Assembly: GCF_902713615.1 (NCBI RefSeq)
Contig: NW_024055482.1
Span: forward strand, 124,001-188,000
Length of the DNA stretch: 64,000 bases
From: Scyliorhinus canicula
Taxonomy: Eukaryota
Direction of reading: 5' to 3'
Numbering within the stretch: position 1 is the stretch's first letter; every line of letters begins with the position of its first letter. Shown here in pieces: positions 1 to 11,399 of this stretch. The notes beneath the pieces are model-generated. The model had not been told where the DNA came from and ran no database searches. It saw only the letters and a program-made list of their open reading frames with translations. A program made the position numbers and the translations under genes.

Positions 1-1346
1 GTTGGCGAGTTCACTACTGTTGCAGGTAGGGCATTCCACGGCCTCACCACTCTTTGCGTAAAAAAACCACCTCTGACCTCTGTCCTATATCTATTACCCC
101 TCAATTTAAGGCTATGTCCCCTCGTGCTAGCCACCTCCATCCGCGGGAGAAGGCTCTCGCTGTCCACCCTATCTAACCCTCTGATCATTTTGTATGCCTC
201 TATTAAGTCACCTCTTAACCTTCTTCTCTCTAATGAAAACAACCTCAAGTCCATCAGCCTTTCCTCATAAGATTTTCCCTCCATACCAGGCAACATCCTG
301 GTAAATCTCCTCTGCACCCGTTCCAAAGCTTCCACGTCCTTCCTATAATGAGGTGACCAGAACTGTACGCAATACTCCAAATGCGGCCGTACTAGAGTTT
401 TGTACAACTGCAACATGACCTCATGGCTCCGGAACTCAATCCCTCTACCAATAAAGGCCAACACACCATAGGCCTTCTTCACAACCCTATCAACCTGGGT
501 GGCAACTTTCAGGGATCTATGTACATGGACACCGAGATCCCTCTGCTCATCCACACTACCAAGAATTTTACCATTAGCCAAATATTCCGCATTTCTGTTA
601 TTCTTTCCAAAGTGAATCACCTCACACTTCTCCACATTAAACTCCATTTGCCACCTCTCAGCCCAGCTCTGCAGCTTATCTATGTCCCTCTGTAACCTGC
701 AACATCCTTCCGCACTGTCTACAACTCCACCGACTTTAGTGTCGTCTGCAAATTTACTCACCCAACCTTCTGCGCCCTCCTCTAGGTCATTTATAAAAAT
801 GACAAACAGCAACGGCCCCAGAACAGATCCTTGTGGTACGCCACTCGTAACTGAACTCCATTCTGAACATTTCCCATCAACTACCACTCTCTGTCTTCTT
901 TCAACTAGCCAATTTCTGATCCACATCTCTAAATCACCCTCAATCCCCAGCCTCCGTATTTTCTGCAATGGACGACCGTGGGGAACCTTATCAAATGCTT
1001 TACTGAAATCCATATACACCACATCAACTGCTCTACCCTCGTCTACCTGTTCAGTCACCTTCTCAAAGAACTCGATAAGGTTTGTGAGGCATGACCTACC
1101 CTTCACAAAACCATGCTGACTGTCCCTAATCATATTATTCCTATCTAGATGATTATAAATTGTATCTTTTATAATCCTCTCCAAGACTTTACCCACCACA
1201 GACGTTAGGCTCACCGGCCTATAGTTACCGGGGTTATCTCTACTCCCCTTCTTGAACAAAGGGACCACATTTGCTATCCTCCAGTCCTCTGGCACTATTC
1301 CTGTAGCCAATGATGACCTAAAAATCAAAGCCAAAGGCTCAGCAAT
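1..1346 (-). mobile_element. CR1-clade LINE, 5'-truncated ORF2 (RT domain), frame open throughout and running off the window start
   Basis: Minus-strand translation [49 protein letters not shown]...[14 protein letters not shown]...[11 protein letters not shown]...[13 protein letters not shown]...KFADDTK (FADD at 741-752)...[13 protein letters not shown]...[15 protein letters not shown] checked it codon by codon and found no stop. Confidence 0.95.
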
Positions 1347-1649
1347 CAAATGACTGAATCCCTTCCCACACTGGGAGCAGGTGAACACCCTCTCCCCAGT
1401 GTGAACTCGCTGATGCTTCCACAGGCCGGATGAATCACTGAATCCCTTCCCACACTGAGAGCAGGTGAATGGCCTCTCCCCAGTGTGAACTCGCTGGTGT
1501 GTCTGCAGGCTGGATAACTGAGTGAATCCCTTCCCACACCCAGAGCAGGTGAACGGCCTCTCCCCAGTGTGACTGCGTACATGAATCTCCACCTGAGATG
1601 GGGCTTGGAATCCCTTCCCACAGTCCTCACATTTCCACGGTTTCTCCAT
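1347..1649 (-). CDS. C2H2 zinc-finger coding segment (3 complete fingers plus a truncated 4th), in frame with the CR1 RT
   Basis: [106 protein letters not shown] linkers present. ATG at 1649, upstream in-frame TGA at 1686-1688. Confidence 0.9.
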
Positions 1650-2010
1650 GTTTTGGGTCTCCTCGTCTCTCTCCAGGCCGGATGATCAGTTGAAGCCTCA
1701 TCCACACACACAACACGGGTACAGTCTTTACACGCTGTGAATAGTGTGATGTTTTTTCAGGCTGTGTAACTGGTTAAAGCTCTTTCCACAGTCAGTTCAC
1801 TGGAACACTCTCACTTGGGTGTGTGTTGTGTGGGTCTCGGTGCTTTTCCAGTCACACTGATGTTTGAAATCTTTAGCTGACAGTTCCGGTAAACATTTCA
1901 CCTTCTTGATTCAAAGGCCGATGATATTCAGGTTCTAAGGAATTGAGTGACTATCAGATCGAGACGTGACTTTTGAGATTTCTGTCTGTAATTCCTCCTT
2001 GTCTAATATC
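1650..2010 (-). other. 5' part of the ZNF exon: splice acceptor (tttttacag|G at 2011/2010) and degenerate, stop-containing fingers
   Basis: Polypyrimidine-AG acceptor followed by decayed finger motifs. Homologous to the inverted copy at 7050-7342. Confidence 0.6.
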
Positions 2011-2739
2011 CTGTAAAAACAATTTACAAAATTCATCACTGTCAGTACAGGGTAGAAACAGACAATTCTAGTTTCTATGCCACATTTTTTTCTCTCTCTT
2101 ATTCCCCGAAAGCTGCAAATTTCCATCCCACACACTCTCCCTCCATTCTCACTCTGCTGTATCTAATATTCACCCTCCCAATTCTCCTGAAGGTGCTGAT
2201 TAATTGACTGACAGATCCAAACTCACAGCTTCCCGTCCAGGAGATCAGAACAAATATGAGCTGCAGTCAGCCATTCGGCCCATCAAACCTGAACCATTCA
2301 ATGGGATCATTGGTCGATCTACCTCAGCGCCGTTTTCCCCACACTATCCCCATGTCCCTTGACCTCTTGAATATCTAGAAACCTATCAGTCTGTGTCTTG
2401 AAAATACTTGATGACTGAAGCTCTAGAATCCTCGGAGGTCGAGAATTCCAAACCTTCACCACATCCTCAAACAAAGAAATCCCTCCTCATCTCAGCTTTC
2501 TCTCCGTTTACCTGCCTGTTCCCCATAACCCTTAACACCCTCAATCAGAAATCTGTCTGTGGCTGGGGTGGGGGGATGTCAGGCATGTGATACGGGTCCA
2601 GGAGTAGCTGCTTTTCCACAGGTTCTGGTGCCACTAACCTATAATCTGACACTTATCTTGATTGCCCGGCACTCATCTCCCTAATCCTTGAATTAATATT
2701 TGTTATCGTGTCCCTGGAAGACTCGGGGTTTGGTCTGGT

Positions 2740-3925
2740 AGGATTATGCTGGAAAAAGTGAAGAAATCATCGATAAACAGCGCAGGTGGATTCAGCGGGA
2801 ATGGAGCCGCCTTTTCAACATGGCGGCCTGACCCTCGGGAGGTCTCTCGACCCCCCCGCTCTCCGGGGCTCTCTGGGAGGCGGCAAAAATGATGACTGCC
2901 GACATTATCCGTGGTTTTGACCAGAGGCTGAGTGTGCTGACTCAATATCTGTGAGCTCATGCGGCCCAGCTGCAAAACGCCATGAAGAGGTTCGATGATC
3001 CGGAGGAGAGAATCCTGAACATTCAACAAGATGCCTCTTTGACGGAGGCAAGAATTCAAAACTTTGAAAACCAGCCGAGTGGCTGGCGGAGGTCCTGGAG
3101 GAAGGACTTGGAGGATCGAGGGTCGGAGAAAGAACATCCGAGTCGTCGGCCTGTCCGATGGTCATCATAGAATTCACAGCGCAGAAGGAGGCCACTCGGC
3201 CCATCGAGTCTGCGCCTTGGAAACAGCACCCCACCCAAACCCATACCTCCCCCATCCCCATAACCCAGTAACCCCACCTAACCTGTTATTTGGGCACTAA
3301 GGGATATTTGTCATGGCCAATCCACCTAACCTGGACATCTTTGGACTGTGGGAGGAAACCGGAGCACCCGGAGGAAACCTACGCAGCCACAGGGAGAACG
3401 TGCAGATTCCAGACAGACAGTGAGCCAATCCGGGAATCGAAACTGTGACCCTGGAGCTGTGAAGCAACTGTGCTAGCGTGCTGCCCATAATGATGTTATT
3501 TTCTGTCCATTTAGTGTGGAGGGTAAGACTCCCGTTAGGTACTTCAACGACCGACTGCCACGTTTTCTCAAGCTGGATATGAAGCCTGGGCATTTCAAAT
3601 TAGAAAGGGTGCATCGGTCTTTGAGGCCGAGGGATAGTTTTCATCCCAGGCCTGTAATCATTCACTTCCACAAATTGAGAGAATGTCCTGGAGGGGGAAC
3701 AGCGAGGTAGCACCTGGCCCCAGGAAGGAGTGAGGATTTACTCCTTCCAGGACTTTGCGGCAGCAACACAAAGCTCCGAGGCTTCGATGAAGTTCAAAGG
3801 CAGCTCAAGGCTGTGGGGAGTGAATTACGTCAGGCTTTACCCTGCAACCCGAAAAATGGTATCCAACAACTCCGTCAAGTCTTTCAATAATCCAACTATT
3901 GCCTTGACCTTCATTAAATCCATGA
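2740..3925 (+). mobile_element. Decayed L1 ORF1 region, interrupted by a SINE
   Basis: Fragments in shifting frames: LEDR.RRKNIRVVGL, FKLERVHRSLRP, PRPVIIHFH, IYSFQDF, RLYPA...VKSFNNP. These match the L1 ORF1p (transposase_22) pattern. Confidence 0.75.
3163..3486 (-). mobile_element. tRNA-derived shark SINE (HE1/V-SINE-like)
   Basis: Reverse of head GGGCAGCACG..., central GGGTTTCCTCCGGGTGCTCCGGTTTCCTCCCACAGTCCAAAGATG, LINE-like tail. Confidence 0.85.
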
Positions 3926-4011
3926 AGGGCAAGGATCTGGAGGGATTGTTTGCAGCTCGGACTAACTCAGGTTCTACTCCGGACTCTTTTCCTGTCATGG
4001 TGTTGTCTGAA

Positions 4012-4500
4012 TTTTAGAATCACAGAAACACACATTGGGACAGGAGTAGGCCATTCAGCGCCTCGAGCCTGTCCTGCCATTTAGTGAGATCATGGCTGAT
4101 CTGTGACCGAACTCCATATCCATGAATATCTTTGCTCAACAAAACTCTACCTCAGAGTTAAACATAATAACTGATCCAGCTTCACTTGCTGTTTGTGGGA
4201 GAGAGTTCCAAACCTCTCCCACCCTGTGTGGGAAGACGTTCTTCCTAACACCTCTCCTGAATGGTCCAGCCCTAATTGTTTTAGACAATAATCCTGAGTT
4301 TTAGAATCTCCAATCAGTGGAAATAGTTTATCTTTATCTACCCTGTCTTTCCCTTTTAATATCTTAAATACTTCAATCAGATCACACCTAAAATGTCTAA
4401 ATTTTGGTGAAAACAGGCCTAATTTATCGTTAAAACTTTGGGTCAGAGCTTCTGAAATCTCTCCCTCGCCTCCCACAGCATCCTGGGACACAATTCATTC
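4012..4500 (-). mobile_element. CR1 3'-end fragment
   Basis: ORF 4147-4491 contains DLIEVFKILKGKDRVDKDKLFPL; CR1-type tail. Confidence 0.75.
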
Positions 4501-4525
4501 AGACCCGGTAATCTAATAATCTTCT

Positions 4526-4830
4526 GGCCGGCACAATAGCAGAGTGGTTAGCATTGCTGCTTCACTGGGCCAGGGAACCGGATTCGATTCCGAGCTTGGT
4601 TCACTGTCTGTGCGGAGTCAGCACGTTCTCCCCGTGTCTGTGTGGGTTTCCTCCGGGTGCTCCGGGTTCCTCCCACAAGTCCCGAAATATGAGCCTGTTA
4701 GGTGAATTGGACATTCTGAATTCTCCCTCTGTGTACCAGAACAGGCTCCGGAATGTGGCGACTAGGGGATTTTCACAGTAACTTCATTGCAGTGTTAATG
4801 TCAGCTGACTTGTGACAATAATAAAGATTA
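4526..4830 (+). mobile_element. tRNA-derived SINE
   Basis: GGCACAATAGCAGAGTGGTTAGCATTGCTGCTTCAC head, V-domain core, tail GTGGCGACTAGGGG.TTTTCACAGTAACTTCATTG. Confidence 0.85.
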
Positions 4831-5235
4831 CAATGAATGGGTCAAAGAGCCTCTATCCGTGCTGTAAAGAGAGGGAATGAATGAGAAGGACTTTACAGAG
4901 AAACTGCCAAAGCCCCAACATTCACCAGCTCTAAGGACACACCTTAGCTCCCTTTCCAATCTGAAAGCAGCCTGAGCTGGATTTACATTCCCCTTAATTC
5001 ATCATTGCTGGGTGATAATCCTGTACTTCCTTACCTCACACCACTGTGACAGCACCTTCACTACACAGACTGCAGCAACTGACCAAACATCACCTTCCCA
5101 GTTATTCCTGAAGGCACCGCCTTCCCAACCTGGCCCCTTGCCTGAGGTGTGGTGATCCTCAGGTCACATGACCGCCGGTCAGCTCTCTCTCCCGGGACCA
5201 GGCCCTGCATCACAGCCACCAGCTTGGGGAAGCAG

Positions 5236-5264
5236 AGCGCATGCGCTAGCGTCTTGGTGACGCA
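5236..5264. promoter_or_regulatory. Candidate promoter core: perfect palindrome AGCGCATGCGCT (NRF1-type) plus TGACGCA half-CRE
   Basis: Seen at 5236-5247 and 5258-5264, between two divergently oriented ZNF exons. Function is inferred. Confidence 0.45.
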
Positions 5265-6445
5265 ACAGCTGGTGGGCGAGACCTGAAGGTTTCTGTTCCC
5301 AGCCGGGTCCTAGTGCCTGAAACAGGTTTTAAACTAATTCACCCACTCCCAGGCTGAAGCTGATGGATGTTTGTTGCCTGGAGGTGTCTCTGGATTACGT
5401 AGACATTCAGTGTGAGAGGCTGCAGCCTCTGCATAGCTACCTGAAGTGTGTTATACAACGTTTGATTACATTTCGTGGTCCTTTCCAGTTCATTATCAGG
5501 ATGTTTGTGTGATATTTTCTTAACATTAGGGTGATATTTCTTTATTTAAAATACATTTCAGCAACAGGCTTACTGGGGATTTTTAACGGATAGAACATTA
5601 TTTATTATCGCACTATTTCCCTGGATGTTTGAACATCTCATTCTCTCGTCCCTTTCACACTCACTGACACAAACAGAAATTAGGTAAAGGTCAAGTTGAA
5701 ACTGTAATGATGAAAATGGAACGTAGCCTCCAATCTTTATATCTCTGCAGGTATGTTGTCTTCTTGTTTAGCTGATCCTTTAGTTGGAGTGAAGCGTTTT
5801 TAGAAATATATAATTCTCACGAGGCTCTGAAGCTTCTTGTAGATGAATAGCCAGGAGGTTGGTTCTCAGGGGGACTTGGAAGCTGGAATAAGTTCAGTCC
5901 TGTGGCTGCACTGGGAGACATTCAGCTCTGCTGGTTCAGCTGGTTCCTGGTCCTACAGATGCTTCTCACACACACACACATTTGCTTTGTTCAGGGTTTA
6001 GTATACTGCATCCCTGACAATTAACTGCATGGTTAAAACTCTGAGACCCAGAACACCCCGATACAATAGCAGTTTACGATGCTCACTCACGCTTATCTCT
6101 GCCCCAATTCGAGCTCATTCTCCTGTGTTCAATATGGCACTTGGAGACCAACAGTCCAGAGGTTTCATATTCCTCAAATGCTGGTTCATCCTGACACAAC
6201 GTGACATTTAAACTTCACAGGTGGCTGTAAATTTTCCTTATGCAGGTCCGTGTTCAACTAAATATGGGTCACAGCATCGAATATTGCCCACAGTTTAATG
6301 TCCATAATAACATGTTAAGTTGCAGCCACCTTGGCAGAGTTTGTGGATCTTACAGTCTATAATATCTAGTATCCTTGTGCCGAACGTGACATCTTCAATC
6401 TACTCTTGGGTCTGATTAATACAGTGCATTGTAGCTGGGTGGGAT

Positions 6446-6743
6446 GGGTGGCATGGTAGCAAAGTGGATAGCAATGTTGCTTCACAGCTCCACGGTCCCA
6501 GATTCGATGCACAACTTGGGTCACTGTCTGTGTGGAGTCTGCACGTTGATCCCGTGGGTTTCCTCGGGTGCTCCGGTTTCCTCCCACAAGTCCCAAAAGA
6601 CGTGCTGTTAGGTGAATTGGACATTCTGAATTCTCCTTCTGTGTATCCAAACGCGCGCCGGAATGCGGCAACTAGGGGCTTTTCACAGTAACTCCATTGC
6701 AGTGTTAATGTAAGCTTACATGTGACAATAAAGATTATTATTA
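6446..6743 (+). mobile_element. tRNA-derived SINE
   Basis: Same family as 4526-4830. Confidence 0.85.
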
Positions 6744-7049
6744 TGGAGGGGGTGGTGATTACTCTGGCTGCCGACTTCTGTTCCGTGGTCTTGTCTATTC
6801 CCAGTGGCCCTGAAGAGGGAGCATGTGGTATCCACCGGAATGTTTGACACCTTCCACACCCAGTGGATACCTCAGCGGACAGAGTGTTTCAGAGACACTG
6901 GGGACAATATTCTGGTTCAGTTAGGAAGGTTCCCTACACTTTTGTTGGGGCTTCTGGCTGATTTTGGTCGTTTATTTTGACTGGACCACATGCTTGGGGA
7001 AAGCAAGAGCAGAAAGAAGGTCTAATAGAAACTAGAATGACCTGTTGTG

Positions 7050-7342
7050 AATTTCTATCCCATTCTTACAGTGATCATTTTTGGAAACCTATTTCAGGCA
7101 TTAGAACGGGAGGACAGGCAGCTGGGCAACTCAAACTAAATATAACATCAAGATCTGACAGTCACTCAATTCATTAGGATCTAAATATCACAAACTGTCA
7201 ATGTGTTTGTCTGTTCTGACTGTGGGAAGAGATTTCAAACATCAGTGTGACTGGAAAAGCCCCGACACACACACACCAGAGTGGGAGTGTTCCAGTGAAC
7301 TGACTGTGGAAAGAGCTTTAACCAGTTACACAGCCTGAAAAA
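7050..7342 (+). pseudogene. Truncated ZNF-gene exon (acceptor atttcag|G at 7097/7098, degenerate fingers only)
   Basis: Matches the reverse complement of ~1757-2060 (e.g. GTGTTCCAGTGAACTGACTGTGGAAAGAGCTTTAACCAGTTACACAGCCTGAAAAA). Ends before the MEKPWKC start. Confidence 0.75.
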
Positions 7343-7761
7343 TTATCTTGTTTCCTCTTGTGAGAGAGTCTAGCACGACAGGGCATAATCTAAGAGTGAG
7401 GGGTCTCAAATTTAGGACAGAACTGAGGAGATATTCTTCCATCAGAGGGTAGTGAATCTGTGGAATTCTTCAGCTGGCATTCTATCTCTGCAGTTTACCA
7501 TAAATAGGCAGAGGTGAAGTTGGCTTTACCTGGATGGGCCGCTTGGTGGCGCAGTGGCTCTTTCACTGAGGGGCCTTAAGTTCAGACACATCCCAGACAG
7601 GACTGGTGAGGAATATCTGTCTGGGAAAGGGGAGACAACTGTATAATCGGGGAAAAGGATCAGTGCCGATGGACCTGAGAGAAATGAGTTCAGCAAAGTC
7701 TTACTTTCTTCATTTTTCCATCAACGTTAATTAAAATTTCTGAGAAAATATTACACAAAAG

Positions 7762-7767
7762 TTTATT
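7762..7767 (-). terminator. Candidate poly(A) signal for the membrane-form mRNA
   Basis: AATAAA on the minus strand ~400 nt after the TM2 stop. Confidence 0.45.
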
Positions 7768-8165
7768 TTGATGTTTACAAAAGAGAACATAGCGATTGAG
7801 GGTCACAGTGAGAACAGAACACATGCCCTCTGAGCTGCCAAATGTGTGTACAACTGTAACAGGCACAAGAGAGAACAGGAGCTCAACATAAAGGGAAGGC
7901 AACAGTTATATAAGGAACAAGATATGTTACTTATTTAGACGTGACATTGAGGGAAATTATTAGCTACAATTATAATACAATTATGTCTCGTACATTTCAA
8001 ACTGAAAGCAGAAATACTGTCCATGATTGTCTCAGTTATAGATGCAGAATAATAAACTGAGAGAATTTTACTGTTAGAGTCACCAAGAGGAGATATTGTA
8101 TTTCTGTCACACACAGATCATAATAAACAGCTGAGGAAAATCTACAGCGTCTGAACGTCAACCGA

Positions 8166-8174
8166 TCACATGAT
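8166..8174 (-). CDS. IGHM: IgM TM2 exon (candidate): ATC ATG TGA = Ile-Met-stop
   Basis: ttttatctctgttttacag|ATCATGTGA, phase 0 matches the TM1 donor, 138-nt intron. Confidence 0.6.
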   Translation of the reverse strand: MM

Positions 8175-8312
8175 CTGTAAAACAGAGATAAAATGATGAA
8201 GCAGATGTTTATGATCTGGGACATTGATGTTAGAGTTTTTAATCAATCAAGCATTTATGGTTTTTAAAAGGCTTCTGCCGGTTTGAAGGGTGAGTGGATT
8301 GAATCTTCTCAC

Positions 8313-8440
8313 CTTCACCAGAGTGACTGCAGTGCTGTAGGACATGCTCAGGACGAACAGTGTGATGAATGTGGAAGCGGTTGTCCAGATGTTCCTGTTA
8401 TCATCCTCATCGTCTTCAGTCCAGGTGTGGTCTGTGGTAT
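8313..8440 (-). CDS. IGHM: IgM TM1 exon
   Basis: (D)TTDHTWTEDDEDDNRNIWTTASTFITLFVLSMSYSTAVTLVK with the CART motif. Acceptor ctcgtag, donor GTGAGA. Phase 1 matches the internal Cmu4 donor at 13637. Confidence 0.95.
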
Positions 8441-8604
8441 CTACGAGGATAGAGCCCAATAAATATATTAAGTTGTTTATTAATCCAGGATATATTGTTA
8501 ATATTCTCATTTCATTATCTTTATCTGATCATTCATTCTCTAATATATTTTTCATTGCATAGCTACTGTAGAGTTCGCGACACTCACCAACCGATCTCTG
8601 TAAC

Positions 8605-9950
8605 TTTCTTTTTCCAATTTAGGGGCAGTTTAGCGTGGCCAATCCACCTACCCTGTACAGCTTTGGATTGTGGAGGTCAAACCCACGGACACGGACAGTC
8701 ATCCAGGACCAAGATCGAACCCAGGTTCTCGGCGTCGTGAGGCAGCAGTGCTAACCACTGCGCCACCATGCCGCCCTTTGCCTGACATTTGTATTTGTTC
8801 TTTAGCATTTGTGTCGGTGTGGATGGGGATCTCATGTTTTGCTTCTTTTGCCTGTCCAGATGTATGTAAAATGCCATTGTGTGTGTTCATGTGCCAATGA
8901 GTACTGATCTGTGTATTTGTGTGTCAGCGCCTGTATGTACACTTTGTTTATCTTCTATCAATGTGGAGATATGAGTGTGTTATTTATTTTTTTCATAAAT
9001 TTAGTGTACACAATTCATTTTTTTTCCAATTAAGAGGCAATGTAGCGTGTCCAATCCACCTAGCCTGCACACATTTTGGGTTGTGGGGGCAAAACCCACG
9101 CAAACACGGGTAGAATGTGCAAACTCCACAAGGACAGTGACGCAGAGCCGGGATCGAACCTGTAACTTTGGCGACATGAGGCATCAGGGAGAATCTACTG
9201 CGCTTCTGTGCTGCCTTAATATGAGTCTGTTATTGTGTATGCTTATGTGTTGAAGTCTATGTTTATATATTAATGCCTGGGTTAATATGTGTTTGTACTT
9301 TCCTGCCTAGTAATATGTGTTATTGTGTCCATTTGCGTACATCATGCATGCCAGTGTCTTAATGTTTGTGACTGGATAAGCGCATTTGTGCTTGTATATG
9401 CGTGTGCATATATATGTGTGTGTGTTTTATCATAGAATTATCATCATAGAATCCCTACAGTGCAGAACGAGGCCATTCAGCTCATCGAGTCTGCAGCGAC
9501 CCTGTGAAAGAGCTCCCTACCGAGGTGCACGCTCCTGCCCCACCATCATAACCTCATAACCTCACTTAACCTTTTGGATACTAAGGGGCAATGGAGCATG
9601 GCCAGTCCACCTACCCTGCTCATCATTGGACTGTGGGAGGAAACGGGTGCACCCGGAGGAAACTGATGCAGACACAGGAGAACGTGCAAACTCCACACAG
9701 GCAGTCACCCAAGGTTGGAATTGAACCCGGCCTTTGGCACTGGGAGACAGTAGTGCTGTGTATGCGTTGATGAAAAAAAAGGAAAATCACTTATTGTCAC
9801 GAATAGGCTTCAAATGAAGTTACTGTGAAAAGCCCCTAGTCGCCACATTCCGGCGCCTGTTCGGGGAGGCTGTTACAGGAATCGAACCGTGCCGTTGGCC
9901 TGCTTGATCTGCTTTCAAAGCCAGCAATTTTGCTCTGTGCTAAATGATGG
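8605..9950 (-). mobile_element. Cluster of four minus-strand SINEs (~8605-8776, ~9003-9215, ~9431-9760, ~9783-9946) with TG-rich spacers
   Basis: Recurrent GCCAATCCACCTA, GGAGGAAAC and GATCGAACC motifs; the last copy belongs to the AGTCGCCACATTCCGG family. Confidence 0.8.
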
Positions 9951-10098
9951 TTGTTTACAACTATGTATTACTTGTGTATTGATGTCTCCATGTGCACTAA
10001 TGTATATTCATGTTAACATGTGTACGAGTATATATCTACGTGTACCCATAATTGTGGTAATGTGGATTATTGTCTCTGTCCTTAATTCTATACTTCTG

Positions 10099-10339
10099 GG
10101 CAGCACGGTGGCACAATGGTTGGCATTGTTGCCTACGGCGCTGAGGACCCGGGTTCGAATCCCGGCCTTGGGTCACTGTCCGTGTGGAGTTTGCACATTC
10201 TCCCCGTGTCTGCGTGGGTTTCGCCCCCACAACCCAATAGATGTGCAGGATAGGTGGATTGGCCACACTAAATTGCCCCTTAATTGGAAAAAATAATTGG
10301 GTACGCTAAATTTATAAAAAAAAAAAAAAAAAAAAAAAA
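10099..10339 (+). mobile_element. Young tRNA-derived SINE with long poly(A) and a 15-bp TSD
   Basis: TSD AATTCTATACTTCTG at 10084-10098 and 10340-10354; head GGGCAGCACGGTGGCACAATGG. Confidence 0.92.
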
Positions 10340-10359
10340 AATTCTATACTTCTGTCATC

Positions 10360-10880
10360 GTGAAATTGTGTGATTGTATATGTTATTGGTTACATTTGCG
10401 TTTCATATTCTACTTGTCAGTCTACTTGTCTGGTTTTATATGTTTGCGTTTGCATCTTTGTGTATCTGTGTGGACATGTGGGTGTATGCGTATGTTTGTG
10501 TACGCTTGTGTGCCTGATTGTGTACGTATATTAGTGTCTGTATGTGTCAATGTGTATGTGAGTATAAGCGTGTGCTTTTTTGTGTTTGTATGCATGTTTG
10601 TGCATTTCTGTACACGTTCGCGTGTGTTCTTGTGTCAATATATGTTTGGTTTGTGGTGCCGGGTGTATGTTTTGTGTGTGTTTCTGTGTGTGTGTGTTTG
10701 TGTCCATGTGTGCATGTGTATATGTCTGTGGGGAAGGGGGTGTATGTATGTGTTGTGTTTAAGTCTGTTTAACTGTGTGTTTGTGTATTTGTATCAGCTG
10801 CCTGTAGCTTTGCCAGTTGTGGGTATTATTGGTACCGATGTCGCATATGTTGAACTTTGTGCTTATAAGTGTGTTTTGTG
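10360..10880. repeat. TG-rich low-complexity tract
   Basis: Degenerate (TG)n; the Cys/Val-rich ORFs here are artefacts. Confidence 0.85.
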
Positions 10881-11399
10881 TGAGTTGCAAGCTGACATCA
10901 GGTGACCTAATGCAAAAATACAAGGAGGTGCCTTAGGAGAGAACAATGAAAATCCAGGGAGAATTCCATCACCAGTCTGGATTTGGATTATGGGGAATCA
11001 GTTTTAGTTTACGGATAAGAGGAACTAGAGTGCAAAAAAAAGTAAAATTCTGTTGCATAAATAGATATTTAAAGAACATCTTTATCATGGTGGTCTTTTC
11101 ACATCTTCAGGCAGTAAACTACAAGCCGACTTGTAATGTCAGTGACAGAATGCTCAGAGTATAGACCCGTCCGCTCTCAAACTCGCTGCTTGGGGATTGG
11201 GAGGACAGTGAGTTAATCATCTCTGGATAAAAACAAATTCCTGCGGATGCTGGAATCTGCTGAGATTTTCCAGCATTTTCTCTTTGGAGTGAATAATCTC
11301 CCTCTCTCTGGTCAGCTGAACAAATTCTCTTTGGGTTTCCACCTGCTGAGGAGGTGGAGATACAGAGAGTCCACTCATCACCTTCCTCCACTTTTCCTC

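Noticed and set aside
423-1119. Plus-strand ORFs 423-695 and 682-1119
   Set aside because: They are antisense shadows of the CR1 RT frame
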